Shown piece by piece: positions 27,197 through 34,775 of a DNA stretch of 64,000 nucleotides; the first letter of the stretch is position 1; the number at the start of each line of letters is the position of its first letter. Location: positions 13,999 to 77,998 of the IMG/VR virus record IMGVR_UViG_3300035490_000323, one strand, 5' to 3'. Source of the DNA: a virus. The notes beneath the pieces were generated by a model. It saw only the letters and a program-made list of their open reading frames with translations, was not told the origin of the DNA and made no database searches. The position numbers were made by a program, and so were the translations under genes.

Positions 27197-27272
27197 TGGT
27201 GGAACCGGTGGGAGTTGAACCCACAACCCCTAGACTGCCAGCCTAGTGCTCTCCCAGTTGAGCTACGGTCCC
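27197..27272 (-). tRNA. tRNA-Ala(GGC)
   Basis: G3:U70; loop CUGGCAG; CCA. Confidence 0.95.
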
Positions 27273-27407
27273 GAATTTCGCCCCAGGGGGACTTGAACCC
27301 CTCTCCCACGGTCGCCTGCAAGCTCGCATGGTTGCCCCCCCGCTAGCGCCTGCTCGGCACAGGGAGGAGGTTGCAGCCCCCTCCCCAGCCTCGGGGGCTG
27401 AGGAACT

Positions 27408-27482
27408 TGGTGCGTCCTACAGGAGTCGAACCTGTCGCTCCTTCTGTGTCAGAGAAGGCGTCTACCGCTGGCATAAGGACGC
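27408..27482 (-). tRNA. tRNA-Val(GAC)
   Basis: CUUCU-CUGACAC-AGAAG; CCA. Confidence 0.9.
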
Positions 27483-27488
27483 TGAACT

Positions 27489-27566
27489 TGGCGGGTACGA
27501 CGAGATTTGAACTCGCGGTCTCCTCCGTGACAGGGAGGCGAGCACTCCGGGCTGCTCCACGTACCC
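27489..27566 (-). tRNA. tRNA-Asp(GUC)
   Basis: Loop CUGUCAC; G73; CCA. Confidence 0.95.
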
Positions 27567-27573
27567 GTGAACT

Positions 27574-27647
27574 TGGCGGTCCTAGCGAGACTCGAACTCG
27601 CTTTTCATCCGTGACAGGGATGCGTAATACCCATATACCATAGAACC
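27574..27647 (-). tRNA. tRNA-Asp(GUC)
   Basis: Loop CUGUCAC; G73; CCA. Confidence 0.9.
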
Positions 27648-27653
27648 GAAAAA

Positions 27654-27791
27654 CTAATTGGGGGCCTTCTTGCCCCCCTGCTTTGCCTTGCGGGCACCCT
27701 TCTTATGACCGGCCGGGTAGGGCTTGACCCGCCTCTGGCACATCTCACACCCTGCAACATGGCCATGCCGGTTGGCATGAGCGTTCCCCAT
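27654..27791 (-). CDS. 45-aa basic peptide inside the tRNA array
   Basis: GGAG Shine-Dalgarno; MGNAHANRHGHVAGCEMCQRRVKPYPAGHKKGARKAKQGGKKAPN. Confidence 0.45.
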   Translation of the reverse strand: MGNAHANRHGHVAGCEMCQRRVKPYPAGHKKGARKAKQGGKKAPN

Positions 27792-27810
27792 CAGGGTCTC
27801 CGATAAAACT

Positions 27811-27886
27811 TGGTGGAACCGATGGGAGTCGAACCCACAACCTCAGCATTGCGAATGCTGCGCTCTCCCAGTTGAGCTACGGTCCC
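27811..27886 (-). tRNA. tRNA-Ala(CGC)
   Basis: G3:U70; loop UUCGCAA; CCA. Confidence 0.95.
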
Positions 27887-28001
27887 GTTCGGGGACTCCG
27901 GGCGGTTACTCCATCGTCCCACAGGTCCAGTCTCTTAGGCCCCGGTCGGGGTAGGCCACCGCAGCCCCCCCTACAGGGGGCCTAGAGGGCTGAACCGTTC
28001 T

Positions 28002-28076
28002 TGGAGCGGGTAGCCGGACTCGGACCGGTCTTCTCTGGCTTGGAGGGCCAGGGCACACCCCTTATACCATACCCGC
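28002..28076 (-). tRNA. tRNA-Gly(UCC), C33
   Basis: CUGGC-CCUCCAA-GCCAG; U73; CCA. Confidence 0.9.
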
Positions 28077-28193
28077 AATCTCTCCAGGATAGCCTTGCCA
28101 CGGCCAGAAAGTAGCGGACTGCACGCCGGTTGCTACGCCTGCGCCCAGCCGGTAGCAACTACCCCCTGACCTTCGCAGGGCTACCCTGAAACT

Positions 28194-28267
28194 TGGAGCG
28201 GGCAGCCGGACTCGGACCGGCTTCGCTGGCTTGGGAAGCCAGGGCACAGCCCATATACCATGCCCGC
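28194..28267 (-). tRNA. tRNA-Gly(CCC)
   Basis: CUGGC-UUCCCAA-GCCAG; U73; CCA. Confidence 0.9.
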
Positions 28268-28336
28268 AAATACCAATGGGTGCCTATTTGGAAAGTGTGA
28301 CCCGCAGGTCAGCCATTAAGTCATGACACCCAATCT

Positions 28337-28415
28337 TGGTGGACCATGTGGGGATTGAACCCACCTGCTATCTGCATTGCAAGTGCAGCGACCACCCCGT
28401 GCAGTCCCATGGCCC
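28337..28415 (-). tRNA. tRNA-Ala(UGC)
   Basis: G3:U70; CUGCA-CUUGCAA-UGCAG; CCA. Confidence 0.9.
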
Positions 28416-28493
28416 ACGAGGCCATGCCCGATGCCAGGGGCTTTTGCGGCACTAAGCCATTTCGCCTTTGGGCACCAGCATGGTCCCGGAACT

Positions 28494-28570
28494 TGGAGCG
28501 GCTGGAGGGATTCGGACCCTCGACCTCTTCCTTGGCAAGGAAGCATTCTACCGGGCTGAACTACAGCCGC
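28494..28570 (-). tRNA. tRNA-Gly(GCC)
   Basis: CUUCC-UUGCCAA-GGAAG; U73; CCA. Confidence 0.95.
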
Positions 28571-28653
28571 TCAAAAACTAATGTGGCAAGCAGGACTCCC
28601 ACCTGCCGTGGCTGTGACCCTCAAGCCTCCCTTTCCATTGCCACAAGCTAGCT

Positions 28654-28729
28654 TGGTGCCCTCGGCAGGGTTCGGACCTGCGCCCTCTCGCGTGTGAAGC
28701 GAGCGCTCTAACCGCTGAGCTACAAGGGC
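28654..28729 (-). tRNA. tRNA-Val(CAC)
   Basis: CUCGC-UUCACAC-GCGAG; CCA. Confidence 0.95.
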
Positions 28730-28735
28730 CAATCT

Positions 28736-28813
28736 TGGTACTCCGGGAGGGACTCGAACCCCCGAGTTGGTTGCTTGTAGGGCAACTGGCTTAGCCGCTC
28801 GCCGCACCGGAGT
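28736..28813 (-). tRNA. tRNA-Val(UAC), C33
   Basis: GUUGC-CCUACAA-GCAAC; CCA. Confidence 0.9.
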
Positions 28814-28825
28814 AAAACTCTCTGG

Positions 28826-28853
28826 AAACAAAAATGGCACCCTTTCGGGTGCC
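28826..28853 (-). terminator. Intrinsic terminator of the tRNA-array leader (attenuator terminator)
   Basis: GGCACCC-GAAA-GGGUGCC followed by AUUUUUGUUU, 13 nt before the first tRNA. Confidence 0.85.
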
Positions 28854-28875
28854 TCCGGGAGCCAAAAGCTGGGTT

Positions 28876-28971
28876 TTACTGCCCAGCGCCTCCCGAAGGC
28901 GAAGTATCGCCCTCACACCCGGCGGCCACTGCCGCTATGACATCGACTTCCGTTATGTGTAGGGCCAGCAT
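28876..28971 (-). CDS. 31-aa leader (sensor) peptide MLALHITEVDVIAAVAAGCEGDTSPSGGAGQ
   Basis: GGAG Shine-Dalgarno; sits between promoter and terminator; codons 8-22 all match tRNAs of the array. Confidence 0.8.
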   Translation of the reverse strand: MLALHITEVDVIAAVAAGCEGDTSPSGGAGQ

Positions 28972-28987
28972 CTTCGCTCTCTCCACC

Positions 28988-28997
28988 TATATAATAC
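28988..28997 (-). promoter_or_regulatory. Putative -10 box GTATTATATA of the tRNA operon
   Basis: TATTAT hexamer upstream of the leader Shine-Dalgarno; same box at 25848-25857. Confidence 0.6.
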
Positions 28998-29099
28998 CTC
29001 CGGTAGTCAAAGTTCTCAGGATTTTTTTGCAGCGCCTACCTCAGGAGCAGGCCAAGCACAAGGATATAGGCCAGCACCGCCGCCACGAACGCTATCCCC

Positions 29100-29423
29100 T
29101 TAGCCCTTTCCTTCCACATCGGCCCTTCCATAGACCAGCCTGAGCCTCTCATTGCTGGCAAGCAGCTTCTCTGCCCTGTCGCACTGGGCGCACCCGCAGC
29201 CCTCCAGGTACGGGGGAGGAGAGTAGTCAAAGCTGCTGAAGAACACCCTGTGGCCCTGGCCGTCGTACCTGTTCAGGTCATTCGTCGTCCTGCCGCCCTT
29301 GAGCGGAATCTCATGGAACAGCACGTCCAGGCGGTGGGGGCCGCACAGCACGATGGCCTCCCTGTCGAACCATACGTGGTGCAGGCCGTCCGTCCTCTCG
29401 CAGCCCAGCTCCTCGCAGACCAT
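29100..29423 (-). CDS. Hypothetical protein
   Basis: Tiling ORF with Cys/His pairs. Confidence 0.5.
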   Translation of the reverse strand: MVCEELGCERTDGLHHVWFDREAIVLCGPHRLDVLFHEIPLKGGRTTNDLNRYDGQGHRVFFSSFDYSPPPYLEGCGCAQCDRAEKLLASNERLRLVYGRADVEGKG

Positions 29424-29435
29424 CCTCGTTGCCTC

Positions 29436-29726
29436 CTATGCCGTTGGCGTATCGTGGTTCGGGGGCCTCTGCGGCTTCCCGGCGTCCTTGGTATGCTGCC
29501 TTAGCTCGTCGATGGTGAAGGTCCTGGTCATCCACAGGATGCCCTGGATGAACCCTATCCACCTGCTGGCCTTGGCCCTGTCGGGCTGCTTGCCGCCGAG
29601 GTGGAGGAGCATCTCGTCCGCCATCCAGGCAGCGTGCAGCAGGGGGGGGCCTCCCTTGAAGGACCCGCATACCCTCTCCCCCAGGGCCTTACGGTAGAAC
29701 TCCAGCAGCCTGCGCTCCCTGTCCAT
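29436..29726 (-). CDS. Hypothetical protein
   Basis: H..WM...KASRWIGFIQG.LW motif seen in small phage proteins. Confidence 0.6.
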   Translation of the reverse strand: MDRERRLLEFYRKALGERVCGSFKGGPPLLHAAWMADEMLLHLGGKQPDRAKASRWIGFIQGILWMTRTFTIDELRQHTKDAGKPQRPPNHDTPTA

Positions 29727-30192
29727 GCCTGGCCTCCCCGCGTACCTTCATGAGAATCCTGCCTAGGTGGTTGTGCTTCTCCCTGCCCTCGCACTTGCGG
29801 CACGAGCATGCGCCCCAGAAGTTGTCGTGCCAGTAGTTGCCCTCCACCAGCTCCTCCTCGCCGGTCGCCAGGAGCTTCTCCCGGAGGGTGGGGTAGAGGC
29901 TGAACTTCTGCCTGACGAGGTCCTCCATGATGCCGAGGCTGGCCTGCTCCCAGTCCTTGCGGAGGTGCCCCTGCGCCGTGAGCTTCCTGGCCAGCTTCTT
30001 GGCCTCGCCAGGGGTAGTCCCTATCCCGTCCGCCGACCTGAACAGTATCCTGAGGCCTGGGGCCAGGAACTTTGCCGCCTGGTAGGCATGCTCCACGGAG
30101 TCGTACGCCTCCCCGTCCAGCCGGACAGGGAAGGGCCAGTAGAAGTTCGAGCAGAAGTCCAGCCTCCCCCGGAACGTGGCCTCACGACTCAT
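29689..30192 (-). CDS. NADAR (YbiA-like) family protein
   Basis: SNFY...SVEHAYQAAKF...KF....LLATG..ELVEGN.W.D.FWG...NHLGRILM.VR. Confidence 0.92.
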   Translation of the reverse strand: MSREATFRGRLDFCSNFYWPFPVRLDGEAYDSVEHAYQAAKFLAPGLRILFRSADGIGTTPGEAKKLARKLTAQGHLRKDWEQASLGIMEDLVRQKFSLYPTLREKLLATGEEELVEGNYWHDNFWGACSCRKCEGREKHNHLGRILMKVRGEARHGQGAQAAGVLP

Positions 30193-30748
30193 AGTGCTGG
30201 CTCTCTCCCTCGCTGCTCATGATTAAGTAAGGGGGCCTGACGTGGGCGGCAAAGCTGGCCGAGACGGCAAGCGCCATGCGTACCTTTTCCTTGGCATGCA
30301 TCACCGGAAGGGTCGCCAGTGCCCCCAGGGCATAGGGGCTGCCGCACCCTACGGCCTCGTAGCCCCCCTTCCTCTCGAACACCTGGAGGTCGTTCTCGAA
30401 CCGGAATATCCTGCCCTGGATGCCTGCCAGGAATATGCCTCCGCTGGCGGGGTCCTCCTGGGTGACGGTATACCCCCCTGCCCCGAACGCCTTCCTGATG
30501 GCGTCCACGAGGTCCACGGTCATGTACCGCATGATGTGCTTGTCGCTGCCCCAGTCCGGCTTCGGAACCTCAAGGCGGTGCTGGAGGAGCTGGGTCATCC
30601 TCAGCGAGCCCACGGCCCCTATGAGCAGGGGGCCGTTTATGAACACCTTCGGGTTCTGGAGGACTACGATGTCCTCGCCGTCCGATGCTGCGCTGTCGGC
30701 CCCCATCCATATGACATCGCCCCTCGCTACCGCTACGACACAGGACAT
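30182..30748 (-). CDS. HslV/proteasome-like Ntn peptidase
   Basis: M-SCVVAV...MGADS...KVF...AVGCGSPYALGAL; Ser takes the place of the usual N-terminal Thr nucleophile. Confidence 0.75.
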   Translation of the reverse strand: MSCVVAVARGDVIWMGADSAASDGEDIVVLQNPKVFINGPLLIGAVGSLRMTQLLQHRLEVPKPDWGSDKHIMRYMTVDLVDAIRKAFGAGGYTVTQEDPASGGIFLAGIQGRIFRFENDLQVFERKGGYEAVGCGSPYALGALATLPVMHAKEKVRMALAVSASFAAHVRPPYLIMSSEGESQHYES

Positions 30749-31230
30749 CCTTCCTCCTTCTTGGGCACGCCCAGGAGGGCAACCTGCCTGGCTATCCTCC
30801 TGGGGGGCCACTCTAGCTCAATACCGACCCTGCGCAGGGTGGCCGTCACGTCCACGCCGCCTGCCTCCGGGTTATAGTCTGCGGTATAGCCCTCGTGCCC
30901 CGGCTGCAAGAAGAACGCTACCACCCTGTTCCTGAGCTGCTTCCTGGCCCGGGGCTGCCAGTACCGGCAGTTCCTTAGCTGGCGGTCCGTCCACTTAGGG
31001 TGCCGTAGGCGCATCCTGAGGACATGCGATGCGAGGTCGAACTCGTTGACGACAGCGTAGACGGGCCTGGAGAGGTCGAGCCTGTCGGCAAGGGAGGGGC
31101 ACGGGGGGCATCCAGGCTTCCTGCCAAGGTTAGGGCACCCCCTGGGATGGCCTGGGTAAGGCAGCCTGCACAGCTTGGCGGGGGAGTCGAAGAAGGCTAT
31201 CCCCCTCAGCTCTGCCACGGTAAAGCCCAT
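30733..31230 (-). CDS. DUF2284-like metal-binding protein
   Basis: C..PYP....GCPN.G....CPP...PEAGGVDV..T. Confidence 0.6.
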   Translation of the reverse strand: MGFTVAELRGIAFFDSPAKLCRLPYPGHPRGCPNLGRKPGCPPCPSLADRLDLSRPVYAVVNEFDLASHVLRMRLRHPKWTDRQLRNCRYWQPRARKQLRNRVVAFFLQPGHEGYTADYNPEAGGVDVTATLRRVGIELEWPPRRIARQVALLGVPKKEEGCPVS

Positions 31231-31610
31231 CAGTAGTCCTCTTCCCCTACTTCCATCCCCTGGCCGGGGCTGCTCTTGCAGCCACGGGAGTGGGGGTAGC
31301 CCGGCGTGCCCTTGGCACCGCACTCCAGGCACACCCCTGCTGCCCTGCGCCTTGCCTTCTCCCTGCTATACTGGGTAGGCTGCGGCCTGAGCCTTGGGAA
31401 CTCAATCTCATACAGGTCGTCAATGGAGTCAAGCTGGTGTGCGACCACTACATCGTGGGGGCACTGGAGCGTAAGGCCGAACCAGACCCGGTGGAACTGG
31501 CCGACCCTCCACCCGAAGATGGTGTGGGCAAGGTACCAACTGCTGCCCACTGAGATGTCCTTGTTGTCACAGGTCCCGTCGAGCCTTATACGCCTTGACT
31601 TGATGGCCAT
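31230..31610 (-). CDS. Hypothetical protein
   Basis: Tiling ORF with C-terminal CLEC...H...C. Confidence 0.5.
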   Translation of the reverse strand: MAIKSRRIRLDGTCDNKDISVGSSWYLAHTIFGWRVGQFHRVWFGLTLQCPHDVVVAHQLDSIDDLYEIEFPRLRPQPTQYSREKARRRAAGVCLECGAKGTPGYPHSRGCKSSPGQGMEVGEEDY

Positions 31611-31846
31611 TCCCCTGACTCCTTGACCCTTACCCCTGGCATCGTATGCAGGAGCGCCGAGAGGTGGGAGGGCCCGGTGCCGGGAAGCCCCATCAGGACG
31701 GACATGGAGAAGGATTCCCCGTGGTCCTCAAGGACCAGCCTCCTGACCAGTGCCCCCTTGCGCCGGAGGGTGTTGAGCACCCGGCAGGGGAGTATGGGGT
31801 CCCTGTCGGTCTCCAGGGACACATGCCATGTCCTGTCGGCCTCCAC
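31586..31846 (-). CDS. Stand-alone ACT-like domain protein
   Basis: DRDP.L..RV...LRRKG..V..L...L.....GV.V pattern of IlvM/IlvH-type ACT domains. Confidence 0.55.
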   Translation of the reverse strand: MEADRTWHVSLETDRDPILPCRVLNTLRRKGALVRRLVLEDHGESFSMSVLMGLPGTGPSHLSALLHTMPGVRVKESGEWPSSQGV

Positions 31847-31954
31847 AGCCCCTCCCCTACACTATACCTCGTGCGGGCTGGGTGCCAGGGCAATGCCTGC
31901 TCGGGCACCCATGCGGTTGGCGGGCTCGGTAAGGAAGGATGCTGGCGGGGCTTG

Positions 31955-32245
31955 TCATAGGGTGATAGGAAAGCTGCCCCCGACCTTGAGCGCGTTTGCG
32001 TCCGCGCCCGAGGCGATGGCTATGGAGGGGATGTCAACCTCCACCTTGGCGACACGGTTGGCCGGGACGTATACCCACTTGTTTTCCTTTTCCAGCTTCC
32101 TGAGCACGCCGAGGGTACCGAAGGAGGACATGGCCTTCAGGACCTCCAGGTCTATGGACTCACGGGTGGGGGCATTGGTCCTGAACTCCTGCACCTCGCC
32201 GGTGCCGTCATTGTAGGTGATGTTAAACCTGAGAAGGGTCTCCAT
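31955..32245 (-). CDS. Hypothetical protein
   Basis: Tiling ORF. Confidence 0.55.
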   Translation of the reverse strand: METLLRFNITYNDGTGEVQEFRTNAPTRESIDLEVLKAMSSFGTLGVLRKLEKENKWVYVPANRVAKVEVDIPSIAIASGADANALKVGGSFPITL

Positions 32246-32615
32246 GCTGCTCCTTTGCCTCCGGTAGGAGGGCTGGGTCGGTATAGGGCCCGACAGCCCC
32301 GGTCTTCAACCACTGGTCAAGGACGGGCAGGAGCCTTGACGTCAGGTCCGGGTGGGTGGGGTTGCACCAGCGGTCCGGTCCGATGTTGACCCATACCGTC
32401 TTGGGGTATACGTCATGGGGGAGAAGCTCGAACAGCTCCCGCTCCCCTACGACGACCACGACATCGGCCCAGTCGAAGAGCATCCTCTTGGTCGGCTCAG
32501 AGGTATGCCCCAGGCCTACCGCCAGGACATCCCGCTGCCCGTGGTTAATCTTGAGCAGCATCGCCAGCGATACCGACCTGCTGTTGCCGCCGTAGCAGCA
32601 GCAAAGAATCTTCAT
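32223..32615 (-). CDS. Low-molecular-weight protein tyrosine phosphatase-like protein
   Basis: N-terminal C(x5)RS loop CYGGNSRS; WADVV; downstream Asp. Confidence 0.75.
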   Translation of the reverse strand: MKILCCCYGGNSRSVSLAMLLKINHGQRDVLAVGLGHTSEPTKRMLFDWADVVVVVGERELFELLPHDVYPKTVWVNIGPDRWCNPTHPDLTSRLLPVLDQWLKTGAVGPYTDPALLPEAKEQHGDPSQV

Positions 32616-32619
32616 AGGG

Positions 32620-32832
32620 CTAGTAGTCCCTGATGGGGAGCCCGAGCATCTCTATGGCCTCGTGCAGGCCGTATGCCTCCCCCCTGCGGTACATGCGGTT
32701 CTCTGCGGTCTCCCCGCCGCCGTCGGCCGCCTTGACCCTTGCGTCCACGGAGCGGTAGGTGTCCTGTAGCTCCAGCACGGCCCCCAGGCTGACGAACACT
32801 TTCTGGTTTTGGACAGCTTTGTCCGTTCCCAT
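32620..32832 (-). CDS. Hypothetical protein
   Basis: GGAGG Shine-Dalgarno; MGTDKAVQ... Confidence 0.5.
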   Translation of the reverse strand: MGTDKAVQNQKVFVSLGAVLELQDTYRSVDARVKAADGGGETAENRMYRRGEAYGLHEAIEMLGLPIRDY

Positions 32833-32861
32833 TTTCGTGTCCTCCTGCCCCTTAATACTGC

Positions 32862-34775
32862 CTAGAGGTCGCACTGCCCGTTGGAGCAGGCAATCTCCTT
32901 CATGGCCGTGGTCTGGTCGTCCTTCTCGAAGTCCGTGAGCCTGGACCAGTCGAGGGGCGGCATCTTGGCCGCCGCCTCCCTGTACTGCTCCTCGGTTATC
33001 TCCGTGTAGGGGGCCTGCTGGTAGACGTGGTTGGTGTGCGGCAGGAACGCCACGCCCCCGACCTGGTCGAAGTGCTTGTGGACCCATGCCCCGACCTCCA
33101 GCCACTCGCTGTCCCGGACATAGATGGTGCAGCTCGGGTTATGCTCCGTCCAGTGCAGGCGGTAGGTGAGGTACATCTCTAGCTGCTCCACGGCGGTCAT
33201 GGAGTCCTTCATCCTGGACCCCCTCGGGGAGGAGAGCGGGAAGAAGAACACGTCCACGTCGTTCGGCTTGGTCACGTCCGGCTCGTTCGGGACGCCCATG
33301 GCCTTCATAAACGCCCCCACGGGGTTCTTCCTGTCCTCCCGGATGGCCCGCATGTAGTGCTTCGAGTGCCCCCCGTGTATGCCTGGGGAGCAGCGGACAA
33401 GCTGGCTGACCGTGCCGCTCGGCTTGTTGCAGGTGACGGCGGCGGCGGGCGCTATGCCTATCTTCTCCGCCCACTCGGCGTTCACGGCCACGGAGTACTC
33501 CCTGAGCCTGTCGAGCATCCCCGCAAGCTCCGGGCCGTTCGTGGAGGTCAGCGGGTTGTCCATGACGCCGGAGAGGCTGACGCCCAGGAGGCGCTCCTCC
33601 TCGGCGTTCTTCTGCCAGTCCTTGCGCAGGTAGCGGAAGTTGGTCAGCGTGGCCTGGAAGGTGCCCAGGATGCTGGCGATGCGCACCTTGCGCCTCAGGC
33701 TCTCCTCGTCGTCCTCGGGGCGGGTGATGACCTCCGTGAGGTTGCACAGCCCCTTGGAGCGCAGGATAATCTCCCCGCAGGGGTTGAGCCCGAAGTCTAT
33801 GTCCTTGGACTTCCTGCGGCCGCCGAGGGACGCCACCTTCTTGGTGGCCGCCTCGCGGTTGTATATCCCCCGCTCCCCGGAGCGGGACTCGCAGAGGGAG
33901 AGCCACTCCCGCATGAACATGACCATCTCGGGCTTCTCGGTGTAGACGGCGCTGTTGTTGGCGAGGGCACGCTGCTGGTTCTCGTTCTGCCACTGCCCGG
34001 TCTTGGCGTTGCGCATGCGGTCGTCGGAGAGGTTGCTAAGGCTTATCATGGCGGAGCGCCGGACCCCGCCGCTCACCACGATGTCGGCGACCATGCACAT
34101 GAGGTCGTGGCACTCGATGCTGGTCAGCTTGCGGCCCGCCGCGTTCCTGAACATCTCGACGGTGAACTTGAACAGGCGGTTGAGGGGCCCCGGGCCGGAC
34201 GCCCGGCCGCCGAAGGTCTTGAGGATGGAGCCCGCCGGCCGCACCAGGGAGAGGTCCCACCTGGGGATAAGCCCCCCGTACAGGAGGGCGATGAGCTGCC
34301 TGAACCCCGTCGCCCAGCCTATCTTGGAGTCACGGACCTTGATGACGGTGTCCTCGTCGTAGAAGCTCTCTGCTATGGTCGGCAGGCACTTGATATACTG
34401 GCGCTCCACGGAGAAGCCGAGGCCGACGCCGCACATGCTGATGTACATCGCCTCGTCGAAGCAGCGGGGGTCGTCGATGGCCATGTAGGCGCAGTTGTAG
34501 GCGGCAATCTCGTCCTTCTCCAGGGCCTTGCCCGCCGTCATCATGGCACGCATGGAGGGCATGACCTCCATTGCCAGGATAGCGGCCTCCAGCTCCGGCC
34601 CTATGCCACGGTGCTCCTCCGGGATGCGCCCCAGGATGAACCCCATGTACCTGCGGACGGTCTCGGGCCAGTCCTCCCTGCGGCCCTCCTCGGGGAGCCA
34701 CCTGGCGTAGCGCGACTTGAATATGTAGGACTGGAACGGTGTCATCTCGGCGCTCTGCGGCGTCGTCACGGGCAT
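32862..34775 (-). CDS. nrdJ: Class II (adenosylcobalamin-dependent) ribonucleotide reductase
   Basis: SRYARW, PSMR, YNC, GGVRRSA, NPCGEI, CNLTE, KPSGTVSQL, EHNPSCT and C-terminal ACSNGQC; no beta subunit gene nearby. Confidence 0.92.
   Translation of the reverse strand: MPVTTPQSAEMTPFQSYIFKSRYARWLPEEGRREDWPETVRRYMGFILGRIPEEHRGIGPELEAAILAMEVMPSMRAMMTAGKALEKDEIAAYNCAYMAIDDPRCFDEAMYISMCGVGLGFSVERQYIKCLPTIAESFYDEDTVIKVRDSKIGWATGFRQLIALLYGGLIPRWDLSLVRPAGSILKTFGGRASGPGPLNRLFKFTVEMFRNAAGRKLTSIECHDLMCMVADIVVSGGVRRSAMISLSNLSDDRMRNAKTGQWQNENQQRALANNSAVYTEKPEMVMFMREWLSLCESRSGERGIYNREAATKKVASLGGRRKSKDIDFGLNPCGEIILRSKGLCNLTEVITRPEDDEESLRRKVRIASILGTFQATLTNFRYLRKDWQKNAEEERLLGVSLSGVMDNPLTSTNGPELAGMLDRLREYSVAVNAEWAEKIGIAPAAAVTCNKPSGTVSQLVRCSPGIHGGHSKHYMRAIREDRKNPVGAFMKAMGVPNEPDVTKPNDVDVFFFPLSSPRGSRMKDSMTAVEQLEMYLTYRLHWTEHNPSCTIYVRDSEWLEVGAWVHKHFDQVGGVAFLPHTNHVYQQAPYTEITEEQYREAAAKMPPLDWSRLTDFEKDDQTTAMKEIACSNGQCDL

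Noticed and set aside
24695-28840. ORF-track entries overlapping the RNA island (for example 24924..25325, 25217..25648, 26925..27224, 28571..28840)
   Set aside because: They overlap clear tRNA, tmRNA or RNase P genes and are GC-driven shadow frames.
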